Positions 19,024-29,489 of a stretch of 64,000 nt of DNA are shown here, in pieces. The first letter of the stretch is position 1. Every line of letters begins with the position of its first letter. Position numbers and translations under genes: made by a program. Location: assembly GCA_050013255.1 (NCBI GenBank), contig JBEKFP010000002.1:192001-256000 (forward strand), read 5' to 3'. The notes under the pieces were generated by a model. It saw only the letters and a program-made list of their open reading frames with translations, was not told the origin of the DNA and did no database searches. The DNA comes from Candidatus Bathyarchaeia archaeon. Lineage in GTDB: Archaea > Thermoproteota > Bathyarchaeia > 40CM-2-53-6.

Positions 19024-19944
19024 ATGAACGACTTCCAAAGACTGCTCGATGAAAAGCGGGCTGTCGTCAACAAGCGACTCGACGAGCTGCTCTCAACTGG
19101 TTTTGAGCAAAGCGAAGCAAATGAGCTTGTGAAGTATACCTTTAGAACCGGCGGCAAAAGGCTCCGACCAATATTGGTCTTATTGGCTTCCGAGAGTGTT
19201 GGCGGAAAGACGGAACATGCTCTCGACGCCGCTGTCGCGATGGAATTTCTCCATGCGGCATCGTTGATTTTTGATGACCTTATCGATAAGCACAGGTTAC
19301 GGCGGAGTCTTCCCACGACCCAGCATGCCTTCGCTGATGATAAGGCGATTAGCTCTGGGCTGTTTCTCGCATCCAAAGGCGTGCAAATTCTCTCCGAGTA
19401 CAAGGAACCTAAGATAACTCGGCTCGTGGGTTGGGGGCTTGTTGACCTTAGCAAGGGAGAAATCTTGGATACCCTAACGGAGCTTGCAATTGACATCGAC
19501 CATTACCTAAACATCGCTGACCTCAAGACAGGTTCACTATTCAGCGCTGCTGCTGGAATTGGCGGAGTGCTTGGCGGTGCGAATGCGGATGAGGTTAACT
19601 GTTTGTATAATTACGGTAGAGCTGTGGGAATAGCCTTCCAAATCAAAGATGACATCCTAGACCAGTCGGGCGATCCCGAGAGGCAGGAGCGCGTAAACCT
19701 AGTAGTCATGCACTATCTGGACGAAGCGATGAAGCGGGAGCGAGTAAGCAACCTTCTAGACGACAAGGATAAGTCCGACAAAGTTGCGATTGCAGCACTG
19801 TACGAAAAGGCTATGCAGTTTGCTCTAAAGAAATCACGTGAACAAGTCGAGAAAGCAAAAAAAGAATTAAAGGGACTTCGCGATCCGGGCAAGAGCAAGC
19901 TACTGGAAGATTTCGCTGACTACTCGCTTGAGAGGTCTTTCTAG
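19024..19944 (+). CDS. Polyprenyl diphosphate synthase
   Basis: GGKRLRP, DDLID and DDILD aspartate-rich motifs, KTG. Confidence 0.9.
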   Translation: MNDFQRLLDEKRAVVNKRLDELLSTGFEQSEANELVKYTFRTGGKRLRPILVLLASESVGGKTEHALDAAVAMEFLHAASLIFDDLIDKHRLRRSLPTTQHAFADDKAISSGLFLASKGVQILSEYKEPKITRLVGWGLVDLSKGEILDTLTELAIDIDHYLNIADLKTGSLFSAAAGIGGVLGGANADEVNCLYNYGRAVGIAFQIKDDILDQSGDPERQERVNLVVMHYLDEAMKRERVSNLLDDKDKSDKVAIAALYEKAMQFALKKSREQVEKAKKELKGLRDPGKSKLLEDFADYSLERSF

Positions 19945-20307
19945 CCTTAGCTTATGCTTCAGTCAGGTAGTCGGTCCCGCATGAACTGCATTTCCATTTC
20001 CACAAAACTTTCCCTTCTTTGAAGACCAATTCAGACTGTGCGGGAACCTGTTTCATGCATTTGGCACACCAGAAATGAGTAGTTCCTGCAGAATGCCAAG
20101 CCATTTTTCAATTCCTTCGTGTCGTTGCGTTTCAGGCGGGTCTCTTATGGTCGAAGATTCGAGACGCCGAGTAATATTTCTGGTTGCTTAAGAAAATACC
20201 TACGCTGAAATTAGCTGAGCGAGCGCGATTCCGCGCGAAGTATTAGCATTATTTATATTCGGTTGGTTTAGTCAGGAACCCGTTCACCTCTCGTGCGGGT
20301 ACCAACA

Positions 20308-20670
20308 ATGGCGCTAAACCCCTGGCTGGCAATTATCATCTGGGCCGTCCTCATCGTTCTCCTCACCGGCCCGTTGTTGACATTGCCAATGTTTTGGTCC
20401 CGTCGAAAGCCTGACCCTTTTCGAGACATGCCGTTCGAATCAGGACAGGTTCCGCAAGGCGAGGCGAGAACTCGATTGGTCATGCAATACTATCCATACT
20501 TGCTAATGTTTGTTGTTTTTGACGTCGTCGGGATGTTCCTGTTTGCATGGGGAATAAGCTACAGGACGATCCCTCTGAATGCTTCGTTTCTGGTGTTACT
20601 CTTTCTGTTTCTGCTAGCGGCGCCCTTAGGCTATGCGCTCCATCTGGCGCTTCACAGGGAGAATTGGTAG
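20308..20670 (+). CDS. nuoA: Complex I subunit A
   Basis: PFESG, YYPYLLMFVVFDV; likely ATG at 20308. Confidence 0.9.
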   Translation: MALNPWLAIIIWAVLIVLLTGPLLTLPMFWSRRKPDPFRDMPFESGQVPQGEARTRLVMQYYPYLLMFVVFDVVGMFLFAWGISYRTIPLNASFLVLLFLFLLAAPLGYALHLALHRENW

Positions 20671-20671
20671 T

Positions 20672-21703
20672 TTGGTAAATCTCCCCGCTACACCTGCCGA
20701 CCTAATCCCCTTCATTATCGCCGTAATCACATCGCATACTTTCATCACAATCGTCTTCTTTCCAGGCTTCATACACCTGATGTTAGTTGTCATGTTCCTG
20801 ACTTGGTATGAGCGAAAAGTCTTGGCGAGAATTCAGCTCAGGATCGGCCCGCTATACGCCGGCGGGCCAGGAGGAATACTGCAGCCGATTGCAGACGGCG
20901 TGAAGTTGATCTTCAAAGAAGTCATGATCCCGTACAAAGCGAACAAGCCTCTTTTCATTTGGATGCCACTTGCGATGGTCTTCTCTGCCGCTGTACCGTT
21001 CGCAGTGATCCCCTTTGGGCAACATTGGGTAATCGCGAACTTGGATGTAGGATTGGTGTTTGTCTTCGCGATGACCTCGCTATTTCCTAGCATGATTCTG
21101 ATTTTTGCGTGGGCGAGCAATAGCAAGTACCCATTCTTGGGGGGCTTGCGTTCACTATTTCAGCAGGTCGCCTATGAGATTCCGATGTGGATCTCCGCCC
21201 TTAGCGTTGTCATGTTAGCGGGTTCACTTAGCTTGGTTGACATAGTCAACGCTCAACAGAAGATCTGGTTCATCGTTCCCGCGTTTCTGTCCTTTGTCGT
21301 TTTCTTCATAGCTGTCATGGCTGAGCTCGAAAGGCTTCCATTCGATTTGCCGGAAGCCGAGCCTGAACTCGTTGCGGGGTGGTACACAGAATCGAGCGGA
21401 GCAATTTTCATGGTGTTATTCTTGGCGCTCTACATGAAACTGTATTTGATGTCTTCTCTCATCACTGTCCTTTTTCTTGGTGGTTGGTATGGGCCTGCGT
21501 TCCTTCCCCAACCGGTCTGGTTCATAATGAAGACCTTACTCGTTGCAACGTTCATAATCATGCCTCGTGGAGTCTACCCGAGGATTAGGGTTGACATGCT
21601 CATCAGAATTGGGTGGACGCGGTTGCTCATCATCGCCATAGCTAACGTCTTCCTGACCGTCCTTATGCTTAGCTCAGGAATACTCTCTACGTGGGGGCTT
21701 TGA
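20672..21703 (+). CDS. nuoH: Complex I subunit H
   Basis: ERKVLARIQLRIGP, GILQPIADGVKL, PFDLPEAEPELVAG; likely TTG start just after the nuoA stop. Confidence 0.95.
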   Translation: MVNLPATPADLIPFIIAVITSHTFITIVFFPGFIHLMLVVMFLTWYERKVLARIQLRIGPLYAGGPGGILQPIADGVKLIFKEVMIPYKANKPLFIWMPLAMVFSAAVPFAVIPFGQHWVIANLDVGLVFVFAMTSLFPSMILIFAWASNSKYPFLGGLRSLFQQVAYEIPMWISALSVVMLAGSLSLVDIVNAQQKIWFIVPAFLSFVVFFIAVMAELERLPFDLPEAEPELVAGWYTESSGAIFMVLFLALYMKLYLMSSLITVLFLGGWYGPAFLPQPVWFIMKTLLVATFIIMPRGVYPRIRVDMLIRIGWTRLLIIAIANVFLTVLMLSSGILSTWGL

Positions 21704-21707
21704 ACTA

Positions 21708-22226
21708 GTGGACTTGGGCATTCCACCTGACGTTCCGTTTATCATACTTGCCACAGTAACCGTCGTTGCTGCGATTATGGCTCTTCAAGCAAAGGAGCTC
21801 ATCTATGGAGCCATCTCACTCGCGATCAGTTTCATCGGGGTTGCAGGCTTCTTCGTTTTTCTGGACGCACCTTATCTCGCGATGCTTCAAATCGCGGTTT
21901 ACGTTGGCGCTGTCGTAGTCCTAATTCTCTTTACGATCATGCTTGTACGACGCGAAGTTGTGGGAGAGATAGCAGAGCGTGAAGAAGGCGGCGAGGGTTC
22001 AATGGGCCTGTGGATCGCAGGCCTACTCGCGGTCTCAATCGCTGGCGTCGCGGCCCTAGCAGGTTCTAACCTCCCGGAAACGGCTCCACCTGCTAATTTG
22101 CCGGTTTCCGAATTGGGGCCTGTGCTTGCCATAAGCTACCCCGTTCCGCTCGTCATACTTGCGTTACTCCTGTCCGCCGCACTTCTCGGAGCACTGGTCT
22201 TAGCGAAACTGGAGAGGGAACAGTAA
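21708..22226 (+). CDS. nuoJ: Complex I subunit J
   Basis: LDAPYLAMLQIAVYVGAVVVL. Confidence 0.9.
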   Translation: MDLGIPPDVPFIILATVTVVAAIMALQAKELIYGAISLAISFIGVAGFFVFLDAPYLAMLQIAVYVGAVVVLILFTIMLVRREVVGEIAEREEGGEGSMGLWIAGLLAVSIAGVAALAGSNLPETAPPANLPVSELGPVLAISYPVPLVILALLLSAALLGALVLAKLEREQ

Positions 22227-22535
22227 ATGGTCGCCTTAACCAGTTACATCATAGTCTCAGCTGCGCTACTCGGAATTGGTGTCTATGGGCTTAGCGTGAA
22301 GAAAAATGCGATGCGCCTCCTGTTCGCTATTGAAATCATCGTTAACGCAGCTAACCTGAACTTCGCAGCATTCACACGGTACATGAGTCCCCCCCAGGTA
22401 TCCGGACAGGTTATCGTATTCTACTCTATCGCAGCTGCTGCCATGGAGGCGGCGGTCGGTTTAGCCCTCATTCTCGTCGCTTTCAGACTTAACGGCAGCA
22501 TAGACGTTAGGAAACTGAACAAACTGAAGGGATGA
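22227..22535 (+). CDS. nuoK: Complex I subunit K
   Basis: IEIIVNAANL, AAMEAAVGLA, LKG end. Confidence 0.95.
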   Translation: MVALTSYIIVSAALLGIGVYGLSVKKNAMRLLFAIEIIVNAANLNFAAFTRYMSPPQVSGQVIVFYSIAAAAMEAAVGLALILVAFRLNGSIDVRKLNKLKG

Positions 22536-22541
22536 ACCACA

Positions 22542-24014
22542 TTGTACATGCAGCTCCTCCAAATTCTTCTAGTCCCACTTCTCTTCGTTTTCATCACTTA
22601 TGCAGCTGGCATTAGATGGGGAGCGAAAGCGGGTTGGCTCGCCTTCGCAGCGCTCGCCTACTCGACTTTCTTGACTCTTCTCGCGGGCTCGCAGGGTGGG
22701 GTTCAAGAATACTATAACTGGAGCCCCATCGGGCTATTCGGCTTCAACGCCGACGGATTGAGTGTCCCAATTCTCTTCACAATCGCACTACTGTGCACCT
22801 TGATGTCCATCTACTCAATACCCTACATGCAGCACATCATTGGCGACGATAAGAAACAGTTCGGCCTCTTCTACGTCCTCTTCATGCTGTATTCAGTGGG
22901 AATGATGGGAGCAGTACTGGCAACGAACCTCATAGAATTCTACTTGTTCTTCGAGCTTATGCTCATACCATCTTATTTCTTGATAGCAAAATGGGGGTAC
23001 GGCGACAGGGATAGAATCTCTTTCATGTACTTCATGTGGACGCATATCGGCGCATTGTCTTTCCTTGCTGGAATCCTCTCGGTCGGCTATCTGAGTGGAT
23101 TTCAATTCGACCTAGCAAAAATCGTGGCCTCAGCTATCCCAGCGAACCTTCGGATTTGGATTGTCAGCTTAATGGTTGTGGGACTCTTGGTCAAGATGGC
23201 TGCATTTGGGTTGCACATTTGGTTGCCCCACGCCCACGCAGAAGCACCGACACCTATCAGCGCTCTCCTATCACCGGCAATGATCGGGATAGGCGGTTAC
23301 GCGATCGTACGGCTAGTCATGACAATTCTTCCTACCGCATTCTTTGAAATTTCCACAGCCCTCGCCATCTGGGCTGTAGTTACGATGTTTTACGGCGGAG
23401 CCATGGCGCTGGTGCAAGACGACATCAAGCGTCTCCTGGCCTATTCGAGTGTAAGTCAGATGGGATACATTCTGCTCGGCATTTCATCGGTTCAAGTTCT
23501 AGGAGTATCTGGTAGCATGTTTCAATATGTCACCCATGGGCTTGGAAAGGGGATTCTCTTCATGGTGGCCGGGGCGATAATCCTGCAGGCTCACGGCCTG
23601 CGAAGCATCGGTAAAATGGGCGGGCTCGCCTCCAAGATGCCCATCACAACTACCGCTGCGATAATTGGTTTCCTCACGATAATGGGCATCCCGCCAACAA
23701 CTGGCTTTATTTCTGAATTCCTGATCTTTGCGGGGAGCTTCAACGAAGCATTCGCGTTAAACTCAATGTTGCGGATTGGGCTTTCGTTCTTGGGTGTGGT
23801 CTCAACAGCGCTAACTGCAGGCTACTCACTTTGGGCTGTGAAGCGCATTTTCTTTGGCAAATTGCCTGATGAGCTGAGCAATGTTACCGAGGCTCCCTGG
23901 ACCGTTACCGGGCCGCTCCTTGTACTCGCCGCAATATCACTTGTCCTCGGCATATACCCAGACCTCGTTGAGAAACTGCTCTTACCCGTCGTGAAAATGA
24001 TCTTGGGAGGTTAG
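22542..24014 (+). CDS. nuoM: Complex I antiporter-like subunit M (copy 1)
   Basis: FYLFFELMLIP, HIWLPHAHAEAPTPIS, KRLLAYSSVSQMG, GFISEF. Confidence 0.85.
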   Translation: MYMQLLQILLVPLLFVFITYAAGIRWGAKAGWLAFAALAYSTFLTLLAGSQGGVQEYYNWSPIGLFGFNADGLSVPILFTIALLCTLMSIYSIPYMQHIIGDDKKQFGLFYVLFMLYSVGMMGAVLATNLIEFYLFFELMLIPSYFLIAKWGYGDRDRISFMYFMWTHIGALSFLAGILSVGYLSGFQFDLAKIVASAIPANLRIWIVSLMVVGLLVKMAAFGLHIWLPHAHAEAPTPISALLSPAMIGIGGYAIVRLVMTILPTAFFEISTALAIWAVVTMFYGGAMALVQDDIKRLLAYSSVSQMGYILLGISSVQVLGVSGSMFQYVTHGLGKGILFMVAGAIILQAHGLRSIGKMGGLASKMPITTTAAIIGFLTIMGIPPTTGFISEFLIFAGSFNEAFALNSMLRIGLSFLGVVSTALTAGYSLWAVKRIFFGKLPDELSNVTEAPWTVTGPLLVLAAISLVLGIYPDLVEKLLLPVVKMILGG

Positions 24015-24017
24015 AAC

Positions 24018-26114
24018 GTGAACGAAATCTTTGGTTGGCTAACTTGGATACTGCCATTCGTTGGCGCGCTCTTAACCCCAGTAATGGCTCGCATACATCC
24101 CAAGGTCAGAGACTTCAATTCGGTCGCATTCGCATTACTTGGAGCAATCTCGGCGGCACTATTGATTCCCTCAGTCATGTCCGGGTCGGTGCAAGATGTT
24201 CAAGTTAATTGGATAACGAGCTTGAACATCAAAGCAGGAGTCCTTCTTGACCCACTTAGCATAATCCTAGCGAACGTTGTCTCGTGGGTTAGCTTTCTCA
24301 TAATGGTCTACAGCCTCGCCTACATGAAAGGCGACGACGGCTTAACCCGATATTGGTTCTTCATGAACTTCTTCATAGGCAGCATGTTACTCCTAGTAAT
24401 GTCCGACAACCTTCTCCAGCTCTTCTTCGGGTGGGAAGGGGTAGGCCTCTGCTCGTACGCGCTCATAGGACACTGGTACAAGGATCCACTTGACAAATGG
24501 GTCGGAACCATAGGGGACAAATCGCTTAACGTACCGATGGCCTACTCACCAAGCCATGCAGGCATGAAGGCCCTTATTGTAACAAGAATCGGGGACATTG
24601 GCCTTCTAATTGCAATTTTCATGATCTATAGCTACTCGGGCACTTTGAACTTCGTCGACCTATCCCAGAATGTCTCTTGGGCGCTACCACTCAGCCGAGT
24701 AGGTTTGCTGATTCCCGTGGCCCTGCTCTTCTTCTGGGGGCCAATCGGTAAGTCGGCGCAGTTCCCACTTCATGAATGGCTTCCGGACGCGATGGCAGGC
24801 CCAACCTCAGTTTCAGCACTCATTCATGCGGCAACCATGGTCACGGCAGGTGTCTATTTGGCTGGAAGGGCGGGTCCCATGTTCTACAACTCAGTTTTGC
24901 AATACGCTCAGCCCACGTTCTTCTTTGAGGCAGTTGCCTGGGTTGGCGCCTTCACATGTTTCATGGCGGCAACTCAAGCATTGGTATCGAAGGAATTGAA
25001 GAAGCTCCTCGCATACTCCACAATCTCCCAAATCGGCTATATGATGCTCGGCATTGGAGCGGGAGGCCTGGCATCAGAATTTGTCACAGGGCTAACGGCC
25101 GGAATCTTCCACCTTATGACCCACGCGCTCTTCAAAGCCGCCGCATTTCTCGCAGCGGGAGCAATACTTCACGCCGTGGAATCAAGGTACATGTATGATA
25201 TGGGCGGGCTACGGAAATCGATGAAAATCACCTTTGCTTCAATGCTGATTGCCTTGCTTGCACTTTCGGGAGTGCCCCCGCTGAGCGGATTCTGGAGCAA
25301 AGACGCAGTAATCGCAGTAACCGTCTTGACCGGGCAATTGCCACTCATGCTACTGGCCTGGGGTACCGTAGCGCTGACTTTCCTTTATAGCCTGAAAGTA
25401 ATCGGGTTAGTCTTCATGGCGCCAAAGAGTGAGAATGTCAAAAAGTTGGAGGAAGAGGGGCATCAGATTCATGAGGCGCCGAAGTTAATGTGGGTGCCAT
25501 ACCTAATTCTAGCGCTCGCAACTGTCGCCATCGGTTTGGCTGGGCCTTTTGTGGAATCCGCATTTACCCACGCCCTGGACTTAACGACGACCCCCTTGGC
25601 GGCGTCGGGCCCTGAGCTTAACCCTGCTGTTGAACAGACTGCCGCATTAACAGCAACGATCGGGTCCCTGATCATGCTCGCCATAGGTGGGACGTTGGGT
25701 TACCTAATCTATATTTCAGGCCGGCTGAAGCCCGCAGCGATTGTGGGTGAGACGGGTTTCGGGCGCACGGTCTATAACTTTCTCTGGAACCGCTGGTACA
25801 TCAACCCGTTATACTACCGCGCATTCGTTTACGGAACCATATCAGCTGCAACGGCCGTGAAGGATACGATTGAGACCGGGTTCTTCGACAAGATCAGCGG
25901 CGTTGTGGCCCTAGCTTCCATCGACGTATCCAGAGGCGGACAAGGAATTGACCTGCGTTTTATTGACGGTTATATCAACGGAATTGCTTTAACAGGCCGG
26001 AAGTTCTCCTCCGCACTGAGAAGACTCCAAACCGGAATACCGCAAGAGTACGTAGCAGTCTTCGCCCTCGGATTATTCGCTTTAGTTGTGGCGATCCTGT
26101 TCTTCTTAACATGA
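24018..26114 (+). CDS. nuoL: Complex I subunit L with elongated transverse helix
   Basis: GWEGVGLCSY, KSAQFPLHEWLPDAMAGPT, HALFKA, C-terminal RRLQTG; about 26-aa extra helix segment. Confidence 0.95.
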   Translation: MNEIFGWLTWILPFVGALLTPVMARIHPKVRDFNSVAFALLGAISAALLIPSVMSGSVQDVQVNWITSLNIKAGVLLDPLSIILANVVSWVSFLIMVYSLAYMKGDDGLTRYWFFMNFFIGSMLLLVMSDNLLQLFFGWEGVGLCSYALIGHWYKDPLDKWVGTIGDKSLNVPMAYSPSHAGMKALIVTRIGDIGLLIAIFMIYSYSGTLNFVDLSQNVSWALPLSRVGLLIPVALLFFWGPIGKSAQFPLHEWLPDAMAGPTSVSALIHAATMVTAGVYLAGRAGPMFYNSVLQYAQPTFFFEAVAWVGAFTCFMAATQALVSKELKKLLAYSTISQIGYMMLGIGAGGLASEFVTGLTAGIFHLMTHALFKAAAFLAAGAILHAVESRYMYDMGGLRKSMKITFASMLIALLALSGVPPLSGFWSKDAVIAVTVLTGQLPLMLLAWGTVALTFLYSLKVIGLVFMAPKSENVKKLEEEGHQIHEAPKLMWVPYLILALATVAIGLAGPFVESAFTHALDLTTTPLAASGPELNPAVEQTAALTATIGSLIMLAIGGTLGYLIYISGRLKPAAIVGETGFGRTVYNFLWNRWYINPLYYRAFVYGTISAATAVKDTIETGFFDKISGVVALASIDVSRGGQGIDLRFIDGYINGIALTGRKFSSALRRLQTGIPQEYVAVFALGLFALVVAILFFLT

Positions 26115-26124
26115 GGGCGAAAAC

Positions 26125-27567
26125 TTGTACTTACTCTCCCTACTAATCTTCATGCCCTTCATCGGCGCAATTGTCGTATACCTAGCGGGATATATAGGGG
26201 ATAAAGTCTCCAAAGCCCTGACGATTCTGATTTCCGCTACCACGATTGCAGTAGTGCTATTCATCTACTTTGCATTCAATTGGAGCAAGCCAGGGTTCCA
26301 ACTTGTCGAAACCTACGATTGGGCGCAGAGTTTCGGCCTGACCTACGTTGTAGGAATAGACGGCATCAGCCTACCCCTCCTGATTATCTCAACACTCCTG
26401 ACGACCTTGTCCGCTGCCGGGTCGTGGGAGCAGATCACTTCAAAGGTGAAAGAGTACAACGCATTACTCCTTCTCTTTCAAGGCGCAATAATCGGGGTGT
26501 TTACGTCCCTGAATCTTGTGGCCTTCTACGTATTCTGGGAACTTGTTCTAATCCCGATGTTCTTCTTCATCGGCGTGTGGGGTGGGCCACGCAAGAAATA
26601 TGCCGCAATGAAATTCCTCATAATGACACATGTGGGAAGCATTTTGCTACTCCTGAGCTTCATAGCACTCTATGTTGTCTCAACCCCCCACACTTTCAAC
26701 TTCATGGATCTCATGAATCTGCATCTTCCTCTACCTATGCAAATCCTGATTTCGCTTGGCTTTTTCATTGGGTTCGGCGTCAAGCTCCCCATAGTTCCGT
26801 TTCACACTTGGTTACCTGACGCCCACGTCGAAGCCCCTGCCCCCATTAGTGTCCTACTCGCAGGTTTGCTCCTGAAAATGGGAGCGTATGGTTTCATCCG
26901 GATGAATCTCTTCCTTATGCCCGAAGCCTCCAAGTTCCTCGCCCCGGTATTCATCGGTTTCGCACTTCTCACGATGTTCTATGGGGCTATCGTAGCGCTG
27001 GTTCAGCAGGACTTCAAGCGAATGGTCGCTTTGACGAGCATAAATCACATGGGCTACGTCCTCCTCGGAGCTTTCACGCTGACCACGGCGGGAATTAGCG
27101 GCGCTGTCTTCCAAATGTTCAACCATGCCTTGGCGATCGGAGCATTGTTCCTGATGTCGGGAGTAATTCACGAACACATGGGAACACGTACTATCAAGGA
27201 ATTGGGTGGCCTCGGAAGCGCGATGCCTAAGACGAGTTTTCTGCTTGTACTCGCTTCCCTAGGTGCTATGGGCTTTCCGAGCTTCAGCAACTTCATCAGT
27301 GAATACACAATAATCATGGCTGGCATTTCCGTTAACCCCTTTTACGCGATAGCAGTGCTTGTTCCAGGAATTACGGCAGGTTACTTTGTGTGGATGCTGC
27401 GGCGGGTTCTGTTTGCGCCGCTAGCCAAGCCTATGGGATCAAGGGAGGCTCCGTACTATACTCTGATAACCCTAGCCGCATTCCTCATTCCCTTGATATT
27501 TCTTGGACTCTACCCGGCACCGCTGCTTGGTGTAATTCTTCCCGCCATCCAGTCCATACCGCATTAG
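26125..27567 (+). CDS. nuoM: Complex I subunit M (copy 2)
   Basis: GIDGISL, FYVFWELVLIP, HTWLPDAHVEAP, LLKMGAYG, FISEY. Confidence 0.9.
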   Translation: MYLLSLLIFMPFIGAIVVYLAGYIGDKVSKALTILISATTIAVVLFIYFAFNWSKPGFQLVETYDWAQSFGLTYVVGIDGISLPLLIISTLLTTLSAAGSWEQITSKVKEYNALLLLFQGAIIGVFTSLNLVAFYVFWELVLIPMFFFIGVWGGPRKKYAAMKFLIMTHVGSILLLLSFIALYVVSTPHTFNFMDLMNLHLPLPMQILISLGFFIGFGVKLPIVPFHTWLPDAHVEAPAPISVLLAGLLLKMGAYGFIRMNLFLMPEASKFLAPVFIGFALLTMFYGAIVALVQQDFKRMVALTSINHMGYVLLGAFTLTTAGISGAVFQMFNHALAIGALFLMSGVIHEHMGTRTIKELGGLGSAMPKTSFLLVLASLGAMGFPSFSNFISEYTIIMAGISVNPFYAIAVLVPGITAGYFVWMLRRVLFAPLAKPMGSREAPYYTLITLAAFLIPLIFLGLYPAPLLGVILPAIQSIPH

Positions 27568-27568
27568 A

Positions 27569-28024
27569 CTACATCCTTTGCAACTGCTGAACGAATCGGT
27601 CAACGTCGATATCGGCGAGCACTTTCGACGGGACTTCCAGGTTCTTCGCGACTTCCTGGCTCACGGTTATGGTCGGGCCAATCCACTTGGAACCGTATGC
27701 GTGAACTCTGAAGGATTCCACCATCCCAGCGTAGAAAAGTTCGTCGGATGGCGGTGTGGGAGTATCTGATAGGGCGTCTCCACCGAACTGGATTATGAAA
27801 AGGAGACCCCCCACTTGGCTTGCGAGGCTGTAATGGAGATACAGTTTCGCACGGAAGTGGACGCTGAAACGACCGGACTGTTCCCTCGCTCTGAAATCAA
27901 GGATTTCAGTGTAAGGTGGCTTCAGCTGGTAAGCCAGTTGGTCCGCAATATCCCTTAGAGCCGTAGTTAAGGCTGTAAGAGATTTGCTTTCCAGGGCTTC
28001 CTTGAATTCCGTGACGCCCTGCAT
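27569..28024 (-). CDS. Hypothetical protein, downstream of atpK
   Basis: 151-aa ATG ORF starting 11 bp after the atpK stop. Confidence 0.6.
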   Translation of the reverse strand: MQGVTEFKEALESKSLTALTTALRDIADQLAYQLKPPYTEILDFRAREQSGRFSVHFRAKLYLHYSLASQVGGLLFIIQFGGDALSDTPTPPSDELFYAGMVESFRVHAYGSKWIGPTITVSQEVAKNLEVPSKVLADIDVDRFVQQLQRM

Positions 28025-28035
28025 AACGTCGAGGC

Positions 28036-28374
28036 CTAGATCCTCGAATAGATGATGAAGAACATCGCGAGGCCGTATATCGCGATTGCTTCAATCAAGA
28101 CGACGAACAATAGGGTTCTGCCGAGCATTTCCGGTTTCTCTGCTATGGCTCCAATAGCTGCTGCGCTTGCGGTACCTAGGCCAATTCCTGCACCGCAGGA
28201 CGCTAAGCCAGCAGCAATCCCCGCGCCGACTAGGAATAGTCCTTTCTCGCTCGCGAGTGCTTGGTCAGTCTGTGCGGGGCTTTGGGAGAATGCTACAACT
28301 ACCATCGAGGAAATCGCAATTACACCCACTAACATCAACAGGAAGCTCAACATAAGTTGGCGTTTGGGCTTCAC
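28036..28374 (-). CDS. atpK: A/V-type ATP synthase subunit K (c), single hairpin, probably H+-type
   Basis: GAGIGLG...AEKPE...LIEAIAIYG; N-terminal signal-like helix; lacks the Q...E-S/T Na+ signature. Confidence 0.9.
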   Translation of the reverse strand: MKPKRQLMLSFLLMLVGVIAISSMVVVAFSQSPAQTDQALASEKGLFLVGAGIAAGLASCGAGIGLGTASAAAIGAIAEKPEMLGRTLLFVVLIEAIAIYGLAMFFIIYSRI

Positions 28375-28436
28375 TACTGCTCAGCACCTATCGATTCCGC
28401 TAAGAACTTGCATCGCATTATAATCCTTTGCTTAAC

Positions 28437-29462
28437 TCAACCAGTACGTAGAATCAAGGATTCCAACACTCGATCCGCGGGCACATTGTTTGCTTTGCCG
28501 TTTAGTATGCTAAAGAAGTCGTGCAGCTCGTAATTTTTGAGAAAGAGAAAGGCCAATGCTAGTCCAACGTTGAAAGGTGACCCCGCGAAAGCGTTTAGGC
28601 AGGTATTTGCGTGGCTTCGATTAAGTGCGCGTTCAACACCCACAGCAGCACCATCCATGGGCCCTAGCCCCTGTGCGGAATGGGCGTACGGCGTCTTGTC
28701 AAGCACCCGGATCAAGTTCTGTGCATTCGTGGCCTCGCTAAGTTCGGCATATGCGTGGCCCAGTCCGTAGTTCACAGGGATCATCATATCTAAAGTGGAC
28801 CTCGCATCGAGACCTATCAATCGAGCCCGAAAGGACAGGAGAATGTTCAGATGGTCAATCACTTCTCCCACCAATCCTCTCGCAGATTGGGCGTCCAATG
28901 GGTCGGGTAGATTTGATGCCGCCCACAATCTGCTGTAGTAATATTGGTCCACTGTCGCTACTGCGAGCATTCCTCCCCTTTCGCCTGTTAGCTTTGGGAT
29001 TATGAAGCGTTTGAGGCCTTCGTCATCAAGAGTTTCGATGACCCTGCTTGGGTTATGTGATTCGATGAGCTCTTTGCACTTATCAAGTGTGAACTTTCCC
29101 GCAGGCACAATATGTCGAATTGCCTCTTCAGGGTCAATTTGATCAGCAATCGACTTGAGTATGTCCTTGACGCAAGTTAATTCGTGTGAAGCCGCGAATA
29201 ATTTGATTAGGCCGCGCGAGTCGTGAGGGGCGTACGCCGTCAACCTATGCGTAATTTCGATGATGTTCTGAATTAGGTAAGACTCTATTGAGGTTAGGTC
29301 AGAGGTGTCGGCACTCGTCACATTCCCGCGGGTAAGCACGTTAACGGTTTCGGAAAGGGAACCAGCTTCCATAAGCCGATCGATTTGGCTTGGACGTATG
29401 AGTTCAGCTTTGAAGGAACGGACAGCGGCCGCTAGCTCGGCGTACCTTCCAGCTGCTGTCAT
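28437..29462 (-). CDS. atpC: A/V-type ATP synthase subunit C (d)
   Basis: Size, position, DQYYY, KTPY and FLFLKNYEL patterns. Confidence 0.8.
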   Translation of the reverse strand: MTAAGRYAELAAAVRSFKAELIRPSQIDRLMEAGSLSETVNVLTRGNVTSADTSDLTSIESYLIQNIIEITHRLTAYAPHDSRGLIKLFAASHELTCVKDILKSIADQIDPEEAIRHIVPAGKFTLDKCKELIESHNPSRVIETLDDEGLKRFIIPKLTGERGGMLAVATVDQYYYSRLWAASNLPDPLDAQSARGLVGEVIDHLNILLSFRARLIGLDARSTLDMMIPVNYGLGHAYAELSEATNAQNLIRVLDKTPYAHSAQGLGPMDGAAVGVERALNRSHANTCLNAFAGSPFNVGLALAFLFLKNYELHDFFSILNGKANNVPADRVLESLILRTG

Positions 29463-29489
29463 GTCTACTTTTAGCTCGCTGGGGCGCGC

